From: Selaginella moellendorffii
Lineage: Eukaryota > Plantae > Lycopodiophyta
Reading direction: 5' to 3'
Length of the DNA stretch: 64,000 nucleotides
Assembly (NCBI RefSeq): GCF_000143415.4
Contig: NW_003314351.1
Location: 290,142-354,141 of the forward strand
The notes beneath the pieces were generated by a model, which worked only from the letters and a program-made list of their open reading frames with translations, was not told where the DNA came from and made no database searches. The stretch's first letter is position 1. Every line of letters starts with the position of its first letter. Position numbers and translations under genes: made by a program. Positions 1-11,300 of this stretch are shown piece after piece.

Positions 1-375
1 AGATGGTGTTGGAGCTCCTGTTTCATCACCTTTTTCTTAAGTCGTACTTGGAAGCTCCAAATTTTGGCGTGAAAAGGCTGACGTGAGGACTTAGTACCGG
101 GAGGAGGACTTAGTAGCGTGACCAGACCTTACGAGCAACAGAATTTTCATCTTCCAGGTGAGTAAACATCCTCTCTATGTTATTGCTGGTTTTAAAGCTG
201 TGTACATTCGCTTGCAGGAAACTTACTCCATTTTGTGAGAGTGTTTGTACAATGCGTAGGACGAGTGAGTTTTGCTGTATTCTTTTCGTTGTGATTATTC
301 ATTTTTATCGGCCTCACTGCTGTAAGAGTTAAACCTTGTCTTTTGTTCTGCCATGAGCTCTACTTCAAGTGTCAT

Positions 376-1045
376 TCAGTAATTCATGTGCGTAGTGGCT
401 GCGACAAGATCCGAGACAGTCGTCGCAACTTTGCATTTTGGAGGTGAGTTGAAGATAACGTTATGTACCTTGTGCTCATAAATCTTTCCTTTACTGTCCA
501 GTTTGTACTCGGAAACGCCGTCGAAGAGACCTCTGGCTTCCCACGGCACTCGTGGAATGCCGCGAACAGACCATCTGATCACAATAGTGCTCTCCGAAGG
601 CTGCCAGACGCTCAAGATTTCCACCCAGATCGACTTGAAGAGCATTCTACCATTCAGCCGGAGCACCTGTACAATAAACTTGTAGTTCCCAAGTCCGTGA
701 AAGCAGTTCACTGGATCTCTGAAAGAGATGTCCTCTCTGCACCAAACAAGGTAAGCCACTCTACCTTTACTTCATTCTCATCTCCTACCTGTATATCTGA
801 TAGCTCAGATCTCTGTGGAACAGAACAGGCAGCTCCTCCCGCAAAGTCCTGATGGCATAGCCTACGTTGACATGGTAATCCAGACTTCCTTGCTTGCTCT
901 TTGCTACTAACGGATCCTCTACTTTGCTATTCAGCTTGGTCGAGAGATTGCGACACTGCACTCGCAGAGGTTGCTTGAATCTATCTCCGCTGCTATGCGC
1001 CAAGCTCAGCGCTACCTCTACTGGAAGCAGCTTACTACACACCAT
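376..1045 (-). CDS. DUF2358 (SnoaL/NTF2-like) family protein, 2 exons, probable plastid transit peptide
   Basis: Exon 1 ends YHVNVGYAIRTLREELPVLFHRDLSYQIYR; exon 2 continues EDISFRDPVNCFHGLGNYK...RWSVRGIPRVPWEARGLFDGVSEYKLD, the typical plant DUF2358 pattern. ATG at 1045. Confidence 0.8.
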
Positions 1046-1444
1046 CTCGTGAAGTTCGCTAGGAAACCGTGGAGACTCGTTTGCATTCGATCTGGGAGAG
1101 GACTGTGGATATGGATGGGGGTGGATTTCAGAGAGATACTGAAGTAAAAGAAAGGTACACACGCTAAAGTTTGCGGGGTCTACTGATATTGACATCTTAC
1201 AGAAGCCAGGAACTTGAGGCGCTGGAAACGAAGATGGGTGTTTCGGTTTGGATCTTCGTCCCAAAGTTGGAGTTTGATGGATTCACTGGTACGAGCAAAG
1301 AACTCCAGTGATAGATCCAGCGAGTTGGTAGCGATCCAGCGATCTTTGACAGGTAAATATTTCGTTTTTAATCGATGGGTTTCTTTTCCTTTAGATCACA
1401 TTATCGGTTTAATATAGGTCGGGGTTTAGGGTTCTTGGCAGGGA

Positions 1445-3713
1445 ATGGAGGTCGTGACGAAGATCGAATTCGCGGCGCTGGAGCCAAAGCTTTCGCCGGA
1501 GACGCTCCGGGTGTTAGAGCAGCAGCTTGGATTCTTGCGCGCGACGCCAGTCCAGGTCGCGACGATCCCCCTGCTGTGCAGCTTCAAGGATGTGGCCGTG
1601 GATGCCGCTACTGGATCCGGGAAAACGCTCGCGTTCGTGGTTCCTGTCGTGGAGATTCTCCGCCGCCTCGCGACGCCGTTGAGGAGGAATGAGGTACGCA
1701 GGGATTTCTTTGCTGGAGATTTTTACAAGAGAATGTGCAGGTGGGAGCGATGATAATCTCTCCAACGAGGGAATTGGCTTCTCAGATTTTCGGTGTCGCT
1801 CAAAAGTTTGTGAAAACGTTGGAAAATCTCACGGCATTGTTGCTCGTGGGTGGAACCGATGTCACAGCTGATCTGGAGAGAGTGAAAGAGCAAGGCGGGA
1901 ATGTGCTCATTGGAACACCGGGACGACTTCATGATATCATGGAGCGATCGACAGCTTTGGAGTTTCGGCATCTCGAGGCAAGAACTTCTGATCTAAGTTC
2001 TCTTGACACGATAACATCTCTTTTCATTGTTTCTTTCCAGATTTTGATCCTCGATGAGGCTGACAGGCTTCTTGACATGGGCTTTCAGCGGCAAGTATCA
2101 GCCATCATAGAACTCTTGCCAAAGCAACGACGAACGGGACTTTTCTCCGCAACACAGACGCAGGCAGTGGAGGAGCTTTCAAAGGCCGGGTTAAGAAATC
2201 CTGTAAGAGTGGAGGTTCGCAGTGAAGTGAAAGGAGCGTCGACTACCTTTAAGACGCCTGCCGGTTTGAATATTGAGGTATGCTTTGGCTTTTATTGCTC
2301 TTGCGATTGTTCTTGCTTGTGTCGTTCAGTACCTGGAATGTGAAGGTGAGGAGAAATCTTCGCAGCTTGTCAACTTCTTGCGAGAGAATGCCTCCAGGAA
2401 AACTATTGTGTAAGTGATACAGGTTTATGCTTCTTGTATTTATTCTTTCCGACTGTTTTGTCTTTTGATAGATATTTCATGACCTGTGCTTCTGTCGATT
2501 ACTGGGGCACTGTCCTTCCTCGGCTCAAGACTCTCAAGGATGTACCGATAGTTGTACTGCATGGGAAAATGAAACAAGTATGTAAGTGTTACATTTTCTG
2601 TTCCTATTATTCTTCTCCTTACACTTGCGGAGCTGTTTTTCAGAGTGTCAGAGTAAAGGCTCTAGAAAAATTCACCGCTATGCCTGCGGGAGTGCTGTTT
2701 TGTACAGATGTGGCTGCTCGTGGACTGGACATACCTGGGGTGGATTGGATCGTGCAGGTATTTGAAACCTTATAATGATATGTGGTTTTATAACATCGTT
2801 GTTCTTTCGCGTGACAGTATGATCCTCCCCAAGACCCAAACGTTTTCGTTCATAGGGTCGGCCGAACTGCCAGAATGGGAAGAGCGGGAGATGCTTTAGT
2901 TTTTCTTCTTCCAAAGGTGAAACGAGTTTTTGTGGTTTGTTTGTTTATAATCTGGGGCCATTTCGCAGGAAGACGCTTACGCAGAGTTCCTTCGTATAAG
3001 AAACGTCCCGATAGAAAAGAGAGACAAAACTGAAGTGCCTCATATTATACCCAAGGTTTGCTTGACTTCGCAGAAGGACAAAGTCACTGTTTGTTGTTCT
3101 CGTTCTGCAGTTACGGGCCGCTGCTATGAAGGATAGGGACGTGATGGAGAAAGGACTCAAGGCATTTGTGTCCTACTTCCGAGCGTACAAAGAGCACCAC
3201 TGCACTTTTATCTTCCAGTAAGAGTTGTCTGTTTGATTGATCAATGACGAGAGTGAGCTGCAGATGGAAGCAACTGGAACTTGGCAAGATCGCCATGAGC
3301 TTCGGTCTATTGCAACTCCCTTCCATGCCAGAACTAAAGCGTGGTGTGCTCACGTCGCAGCATTTTACTCCTGTGGAGAACATTGACGTCGATTCCATTC
3401 CATATCGGTACGTGTTAGTACTCGCTTTGTTCCCATCGTGAACGTTTTCATTCTCAGAGAGAAAGCTCGGGAGAAGCAAAGGAGGAAAAACCTCGAGAAG
3501 AAACCAGATACGTCGAGAGAAGAAAGAAAAGCTCTGGCACCATCGAAGCACCAAAAGGATCGTCCCGCGAAGAGAGCAAAGAAGCGCTCGCACAGAGATA
3601 GAGAAGAACTGGAAGAGATTAACAGTGACTACAGGCTCTTGAAAAAATTGAAGAAGGGATCTATCTCCGAGAAAGCATACTCGAAGCTGATGAGCTTGGA
3701 AGGCGATGTATGA
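1445..3713 (+). CDS. RH18: DEAD-box ATP-dependent RNA helicase 18 (DDX55/Spb4 orthologue), multi-exon
   Basis: Motifs [40 protein letters not shown] and HRVGRTAR; C-terminal [18 protein letters not shown] and [13 protein letters not shown] are typical of DDX55/Spb4. Confidence 0.93.
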
Positions 3714-3993
3714 GAAAAATTCGTTGTGTCAATCAAAAAAATTTCACAAGGTTGGGTTTGTAAAGTTTTGATCCAATAAGATCAAGGGGTGGTTTGCAGC
3801 CGTTGGATCTTGAGCGTACGTGTTGACCGTTGGATTGGCTTTTGAGTCGGTTTCTCTAGTGAATAACCCTAGGGCCAGTCGCGCCGCGCAGCTCTCGTCC
3901 GGATCTACGCGCCCCACTTGTAAGTCTCTCGCCAGATCTGCCGTGGTTGAAGCTCGATCCCTCCCGCCGTTTCCTCTTGCGCAGATTCTCGCG

Positions 3994-5073
3994 ATGGCGG
4001 CGGCAGTCGATGAATTCCGGTGCTTCGTTGGGGGTTTGTCTTGGGCAACCACTGATCGCAACCTGGAAGACGCATTCAGCCCCTATGGCACCGTTATTGA
4101 AGCCAAGGTTTTCAAGGAAACTTTGAAATGATCTCTGTGTGGCTGGCTCTCTCTTTGGATCCCGTCCGGTTTTGTTACGCTCTTGTTCTTGCTACTAGAG
4201 AGTTGCTATTGTTCTTCTTTTTACAGGCCCCAAACAGGTAGGATACTGAGACAGATGAAACCCTTGGCCTCCCCAATCTGTCCTCGTTCTTTCCACAAGA
4301 AAAACTTGGATGTCTGGATGGTTGCAAAAGGATTTTTTGCTCAGTCTTCTTGCAAGCTTCTTTCTTTCTTTTTTTTCATTTCCTGCTTGCTTGATTTGCC
4401 TGTGTGATGCTACTAACGCAGCTTTGATGTTTTGTTTTTCGTAGAGCTCGTAGCTAGTTTTTGTTCGCTCGATTTGCAGAGGTTCTAACTTTTGGAACTC
4501 TTTTTTCTTGCTTTGTAGGTGGTGCTTGACAGGGACACTGAAAGATCTCGCGGCTTTGGCTTCGTCACCTTTGGCGACGAGAACTCCATGCAAGACGCGA
4601 TTGATGGCATGCACGGCAAAGATCTGGACGGCCGCTCCATCACTGTGAGTAAAGCCCAGCCAAAGTCTGGCGGCGGAGGAGGCGGTGGCGGTGGCCGAGA
4701 CCGCGATGGAGGCCGAGATGGGGGCCGAGATGGCGGAGGCTATGGAAGAAGAAGCGGCAGTGGCGGCGGCGGCGGCGGCGGGGGTGGCGGCGGTGGCGGC
4801 AACGGTGGCTGCTTTAAGTGTGGCGAGAGTGGCCACTGGGCGAGAGACTGTACCAGCGGCGGTGGCGGCGGCGGCGGTGACAAGTATGGTGGAAGCCGAG
4901 GCGGTGACCGAGGCGGAAGCGGACGCTACGGTGGTGGGAGTGACCGTGGTAACGGGGGGTATAATAGACCCCGTGATGGCGGTGGCCGGAGCAGGTCTGG
5001 ACCGTACGATCGCCCCGCTGGCGGGGGTCGATCCAACGGTGGGAGCCGCGGCTCTTACGACGATGGGTATTAA
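3994..5073 (+). CDS. RZ-1: Glycine-rich RNA-binding protein, RZ-1 type (RRM + CCHC zinc knuckle), 2 exons (intron 4108-4518)
   Basis: RNP2 CFVGGL, RNP1 RGFGFVTF, knuckle [14 protein letters not shown], and Gly/Arg/Asp-rich tails. Confidence 0.92.
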
Positions 5074-5294
5074 GTGGTGTTTGTGTGAAAGGAGGTGTGG
5101 TTCTACTTGTATGTTCCCTCTTTTAGCTTGGAAGTAAGCTACTCTGCAAGACAAATTTTCTTTTATAACTAGAGAGTATAGTCGTTTCGATTATTCTCTT
5201 TTCGAATCTTGTAGGGCTTGACAGGATATTCTCTTTTATAGATCAGAATATGCTCTAATCATTTAGGGTTCCTGATAAAAATGCGGTAAGCAGC

Positions 5295-7460
5295 ATGGCG
5301 GAAATCCTCGATCCCTCGGTGAATCCCATCGCCAGGGCGAAGCGGGAGAATCTAGGGAAGAAGAATGGCGCTATCACGGAGCTCATTGCGGCGTTGAAAT
5401 CATGCAGCAGCTCCAGGGATCTGGAGAGCGGGAGGAGAATCCACGCCCGAGCGGTGGAGGCAGGGAGCGATGGGAATCTCTTCGTGGCCAACACGCTGAT
5501 CGATATGTATGCCAAGGCTGGGAGCATGCCGGATGCGCGATCGGTGTTTGACACGATGAAGCAGCGAAGCCTTGTGTCTTGGAACACCATTGTTTTGGGG
5601 TATGCCCAGTGTGGCGAGGGCGAGCTAGCGCTGGAGCTCTTCGAGGCAATGCAGGGACAGGGATTTCTTCCAGATTCGTGTAGCATGGTGGCGGCGCTGA
5701 GAGCTTGTACGAGCTTGGCCGAGCAAGAACAGTGGCGGAGGAAGCAGCTTCCAAAGAAAATGGACAAAGAGATGGTTTTTCGGGAGGAGCGTGCTCTAGA
5801 GAAGGCCCTGGCTCTACACGCTCTTGCAGCGAAGAGAGGACACGAATCCAACCTCTTTGTGGCGAGCTCGCTGGTGAATCTCTACTGCAAAGTTGGCAAA
5901 GTCGACGAGGCAGTGAAAGTTTTCAACCGGATGAAGAAGAGATCAGTGGTGACTTGGAACTCGATCATCATCGGGTGTGCTCAGAACGGGGAGGGCGAGC
6001 TCGCCATGAGATTGTTTTCGAGGATGCGAGAAGAGGAGAGTATGATCTCGCCAGACTCTTGGACTTTCGTCGCTGCTCTTGAGGCTTGCATTGGCCTGGC
6101 GGAGAAAGAAGAAGGTACACGCGTAAATGGAGAGCTTGTGAAGATGGAGAGCCTGGAAAAAGGAATGGAGATTCACTCCCAGGCTCGAGAGACGGGTCAT
6201 ACAGCGGATATGTTCGTGGCCAACACTTTGATCGACATGTACTCGAAGTGTGGAAGGATTGTGGAGGCACTGGCGGTGTTTGACAAGATGAAAACTCGCG
6301 ATTTAGTCTCGTGGAACATCATGCTACTGTCGCTGGCTCAGAATGGACGAGAACGCCTGGCCTTGACGCTCTTCCAGCTGATGCAACACGGAGATGGAAG
6401 GCCGATGGAACCGGACTCTCGAACTTACGTCGCGGCTCTCAAAGCTTGCAGCTCTCTGGCTGCTCGAGAAACACCATCGCAGATTGGAGGTGAGCTTCTC
6501 AAAGTTGTGAGTTTGGAGATAGGATTTGCTCTTCACTCACAGGTGCTAAGGTCCGTTTACAGGAAGGACGTATTCATAGCCAACACGCTGCTGGATCTGT
6601 ATTGCAAGTGTGGATTACTCGTCGAAGCTCGTCGGGTCTTCGATGGTATGATCCAACGAAGCGTGGTCTCGTGGAACACACTGATCCTCGGACACGCACA
6701 GAGCGCTCAAGGAGAAGCTAGAGTCGCTCTGGAGCTCCTGGAACAGATGAAAGGTAGCGGGATTGAGCCGGACGCTCTAACTTACGTCGCGGCTCTCAAG
6801 GCCTGTGGGAATCTAGCAGCTCTCTCGACCGGCAGGAAGATCCACAGCGAAGTAGCGAGCAGTCCCAGGATTGATCTGGCCAGGGACACGGTTCTAGCAA
6901 CAGCAGTAGTCGATTTCTACGGGAAGTGTGGGAGCATGGTGGAAGCTCAAGCAGTGTTTGATTCGATCCAGAGGAAAGATTCGGTGGCTTGGGGAGCTCT
7001 AGTCGCGGGGTTTAGCCAGCAGGGTGACACTCAAGGGGTGTTCCAGGTGGGGGAGAGGATGAAAAGAGAGCGCGTAGCGATCGATGGGATCGTCTTCCTT
7101 CACGTCTTGACGGCGTGCAGTCACGCTGGATTGGTGGAGAGAGGAATGGAGTTCTTCCAGATGATGATCTCCGAGGATCACAGGGTGGTTCCCAGCGTGG
7201 AGCACTACACTTGCGTGGTGGATCTTCTAGCTCGAGCAAACCATCTGGAAGAGGCGGTGGCGATGGTGAAGAGCATGCCTTTCGAGCCGGACTTGACAGT
7301 GTGGACATCGATCATGAACGCGTCGAGGAAGTGGAGGAACTTGGAGATTGGGAAGCTGGCGTTTGAGGCGATGCTGCGGCTGGACGCTAGAGATCCAGGA
7401 GCGTACGCGCTCATGGCCAACACTTTCTCCGAGTCAAAGGTGGTCAGCGTCGTTGACTGA
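5295..7460 (+). CDS. PLS-class PPR protein with E domain, intronless
   Basis: 721-aa ORF with P-L-S triplets (ANTLIDMYxKCG, VSWN), ending in ACSHAGLV...HYTCVVDLLARA...YALMAN. No DYW domain. Confidence 0.93.
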   Translation: MAEILDPSVNPIARAKRENLGKKNGAITELIAALKSCSSSRDLESGRRIHARAVEAGSDGNLFVANTLIDMYAKAGSMPDARSVFDTMKQRSLVSWNTIVLGYAQCGEGELALELFEAMQGQGFLPDSCSMVAALRACTSLAEQEQWRRKQLPKKMDKEMVFREERALEKALALHALAAKRGHESNLFVASSLVNLYCKVGKVDEAVKVFNRMKKRSVVTWNSIIIGCAQNGEGELAMRLFSRMREEESMISPDSWTFVAALEACIGLAEKEEGTRVNGELVKMESLEKGMEIHSQARETGHTADMFVANTLIDMYSKCGRIVEALAVFDKMKTRDLVSWNIMLLSLAQNGRERLALTLFQLMQHGDGRPMEPDSRTYVAALKACSSLAARETPSQIGGELLKVVSLEIGFALHSQVLRSVYRKDVFIANTLLDLYCKCGLLVEARRVFDGMIQRSVVSWNTLILGHAQSAQGEARVALELLEQMKGSGIEPDALTYVAALKACGNLAALSTGRKIHSEVASSPRIDLARDTVLATAVVDFYGKCGSMVEAQAVFDSIQRKDSVAWGALVAGFSQQGDTQGVFQVGERMKRERVAIDGIVFLHVLTACSHAGLVERGMEFFQMMISEDHRVVPSVEHYTCVVDLLARANHLEEAVAMVKSMPFEPDLTVWTSIMNASRKWRNLEIGKLAFEAMLRLDARDPGAYALMANTFSESKVVSVVD

Positions 7461-7528
7461 TCTGGTCAAAGTTAAGATTAGGGTTCTTGGGCAAACAACG
7501 AGATTTTTGGTTTAGGGTTCTTGGGGCA

Positions 7529-8018
7529 ATGGCGGACGAGGAGCCGGCTCGCGCGCCCGATTCCAAGGACAGGCAGCAGCAATCCAAGGCGCTAGACAAG
7601 ATTACCGATCATGTGGAGGAGAGGCAGCTGGATTCTACTCGTGTTCAACAGGTGAGTGGATTTTTTTCTTCGAAATCTAGCAAAAGTCGACTGTTTTCTA
7701 GGCTATGGCTTCGATTGCGGCGACGTCTGATGCCGATAGAGACATCCAGAGATTAAGGTGCTGTGTTTCTCTTGCCTGGTTCTTTCTCTTCTAAGTGTTT
7801 TTTTGCATTTTAGGGAGAAAGAACTCGCAGCTGTGAAGATAGATCCAGCGCACATTGACGTTATCGCGAATGAGCTCGAGGTATTCTTGGCGAAGTTCTT
7901 CCAAATATCTCCTCCTCACTCTTGCAAATTCTTCCAGATTGATAGGAAGATCGCCGAGAGAACGCTGCGAGAGCACAAGGGAGACGCAGTAGCAGCACTT
8001 CGATCGTTCCTCACTTGA
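7529..8018 (+). CDS. HYPK: HYPK-like protein (NatA-associated, UBA-like C-terminus), 4 exons
   Basis: Spliced product reads SKALDKITDHVEERQLDSTRVQQAMASI...REKELAAVKIDPAHIDVIANELE..RKIAERTLREHKGDAVAALR. Confidence 0.88.
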
Positions 8019-8384
8019 TAGACTTAAAATATAAAAAAATACTACCCTAAACGAAGACACTGTTGCCCTTTGGCACATTTTTCTTTTTTAAGGGCTTGGC
8101 GACTAGCTGCTGCTAGGGTTTGTGTTTTAGGGCTTTAATAATGTAAGGACGAGTTCGTTCCATCGTCGAGAGTGATCCACCCCGGCACGCCAAGCTCTCG
8201 CTAGGTCATCTCGAGCGCATCGATATTTCCTCCCTCCCGCGACGATTCCATTCACTCCAGCGCGACGATCAAAGCTCGCAACTATCTTCCAGGTATAAGG
8301 CTGCAATCTCCGGGCCGGCATCGTCTCCGCGGGGCAGGGTTTAGTGGAATAGATCTTTGCAGGAGCTCGCCAGGGTGATAATCC

Positions 8385-11300
8385 ATGGGGGATGGCGCTA
8401 CAGTCACCACCGCCGTCGATAGCTGCCTTTGCAACTATTCAAACTTCGATGACGAGCAAGTGATTGCGGCATCCGCGACGATTTCCAAGAATGTGGAGGA
8501 GGATTTGGCCGGGGATGGGATTCTGGCCAAGGAATTCCTGCTGGGAGAGGTGAAGAGGAGCGAGAGCGATGGGGATTTGCTAGGCTGCGTGCTGAGCTCC
8601 CAGGAAGAACTTGCAAAGGACTTGGCCGGGAAAGAAATTTTGGAGGAGGATGAACAGGGCAGCCCGGGTTGTGGAAAAAGTTTAACTGGGGTCGTGAGTA
8701 CAAGTGGGGACGGTGGACGTAAGGCAAGACCTAAGGGATGGAGTAAGAAAAAGGGTGTTTCCGCGACTACCACGAGCATTATAGGCATAAGTGAGATGCA
8801 AGAGCCGACCATGACGCAGGAAGGTGGAATAGCTCTTTGGGTCAAGGTGCGTAAATTTCGATTCTTTAGTTCCTTCTTCTCAAAGTTCGTTCTTTTTCTT
8901 GGTGGGTATGTTGATTCTTTGAGTTCCTTTCATGCATTCGAGGCATCTTATAGAAGCTAGCATTCGTGCAAGGTCCTGGATCTAGTGCCTAGGGTAATGG
9001 ATTTAAATCTCGCGATCATTAGTTGACTTGGCCCTGCATGAGTTCTTGGTGCATGCTTTTTGGGGCTTTCAAAAATGGATGATTTTGGTTCTTGTTCTAG
9101 AGTTGGAATTTCGCCTGGCAGTAAATTGTTGAGTCTCTGAGCTTTTTTTCTCTTTCTCCTTTTACAGTGGCGAGGGAAATGGCGAGCTTGTATACAGTGC
9201 TACCCAAGCGATTGCTCGTCCGCGACGGTGAGAGCCATGCCTACGTACAGCAAGAAGACATATGTGGTGGTGTTCTTTCCGAATTCTCGAACGTACTCTT
9301 GGGTGGACCTTGAGTATGCTTGCCATATCACGGAGAGTCCCGAGCCGCTCGCCTTTGGAACACATCAAAGCGGTAGAGATGCGGTGGAAAATCTCGACCT
9401 TCCAAAGCACCACATGCTCCGTGTCTTGGCCGCCAACATGCTTGACATCAGCGACCGCCTGCCCATTAAGGTTTTTCCTGAATAGTTTTTTGGTTTGGTT
9501 TCCCAACAGTGGTAATTTTGCAGGCAGTCGTAGATAGCGCTCAGAATGTCAACGCGTGGAAGACTTTTGCGAACCAGGCCGTGGAATCTAAAGAGTATTC
9601 AGACGTTAGCAAAATGCTTGTCAAGCTTTTCGGGGTGCGTAACGTAACGTTTTGAAAAAGGTGTGCTGCTTATGTCTTAAGGTAATTGCAGATGATCCAG
9701 CTAACGTGCTATAACGAGACATGGCTTCAAGAAAGCTTTAACAGGTGGAAGAATGACTGTGAAGTTGCTAAGAGTGCACAAACCGTTGAACATCTTAACA
9801 AGGTCAATAACGTGTGTAATACTTTCGGAACTTTAAATCTCGGTTTTCTTTTCTGTTTTGCAGGAGCTGGTAAACGCTGTTCTATGGGAAACTGTCCATG
9901 CGCTTTGGGATGCACCAGAACAGTCCGCTGTTGGAACAGAATGGAAAGATTGGAAGCGAGCAGTGATCGAAAACAGAAGCGTCTATCCGAGCATCTCGAT
10001 GACGCCAGACTCGTCGCTGTTTGCGGATTCCGAGACTCTTAAGCGCCGGAGGTTGAGTTCGGACGCAGCGAACGTGGAGCTGGCTCTAAAGAGGTCGAAG
10101 CTAGATGTTCGCCGAAGATACCCAACGCAACTTATTCCCGTCTCAACCCCAGTGAAAAAGGAAGACGAAGTGAACGGCTACACTGCCGACAACCAACAGA
10201 GGCCCAAAGCACCATCCGCTGAAGTACTTACGTCGACACCAGCATCGGTACCGAAATCCGAGGATGACGACCTGTCTGGCCGCTCGAGCTCGCTGATAAA
10301 TCAGTCTACAGCGCCTATCAGTAAGAGGCTCAGCTCGAACTACCAGCTTTGTGCTGCGTATATGGAGAAGAAGAAAAGGCAGTGCACCCGGTTTCCAAGC
10401 CAAGGCTCTCTGTACTGCTGCAAGCATATGAGTTTGGCTTTTGGGGACGGCATAGAAGGCGTGAAAAAACTGGAGTATACACCACCACCACCGCCGCCGC
10501 CGCCGCCCAAAGCCGTCGCAGCTACACCGAAGTCTTCGACAACGATTATTCCGAAAATGCCGGGTGATAAGATATGCGAAGGGATCACGAAGTATGGGAG
10601 GCGCTGCACGCACAGAGCCAAAGAAGATTCATTGTTTTGCAAGAAGCACAGTTTTGCGGACGCACCTCATTTAAATCCGCAGTTGGTAACCGCTGAAAGC
10701 TCCCAGAGGGCGACCGAAGAAAACGTGGAACCAGAACCTCAGCAGCACGAATTCAAGGAGGAAGCAGAAACAGATGCGAAAACACAACAAGAGCCTCCGA
10801 CTGGCGAAGACGTTAGAGAAGAAAGCAGTCCCAGGAGAAGAAAGGTGACGGCTTCTATAGAGCGAGCGAGAAACTATAGTTGGCATCTCAAGCGGATGGG
10901 AAGAATAATTAGAAACAACGGGCCTGCAGCGACGCGGGTTCGCTGCCTTGGGAGGTGCGTAAATGGCGATCAGTGCTCTCACAAATCAAGACCGGGAAGT
11001 TTCTACTGTGAGAAGCATCAGCCGGATAGCAACTCGCAGCAAGAAGATGCGGCTCCGTCTGAAGTGAAGAAGCTGGACGAAGCACAAACTGTGCTTAAAG
11101 CAAAAAGCTGGCTCAGCAGGTATATGGAAAGTGCGAAAATGGAAGGAGCCAGTACCAGTGACACTACCGACTCGGCTGACAAGCTACTGGATTGGGTGCT
11201 TGCTGAAGCCTCCAAGGATATCCATGCTGCCACGGCACTGATGAAGCTAGTAAACCAGCGGAAGGACAAGCTCGGGAGGTTCTTGAAGCTTCAAGAGCGT

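Noticed and set aside
1-300. Exon/intron-like 3' end of an upstream plus-strand gene
   Set aside because: Splice-like sites are present, but there is too little sequence to assign a product.
4195-5154. 319-aa Ala/Thr-rich minus ORF and 150-aa alternative-frame ORF
   Set aside because: Shadow frames of the GGC-rich RZ-1 exon.
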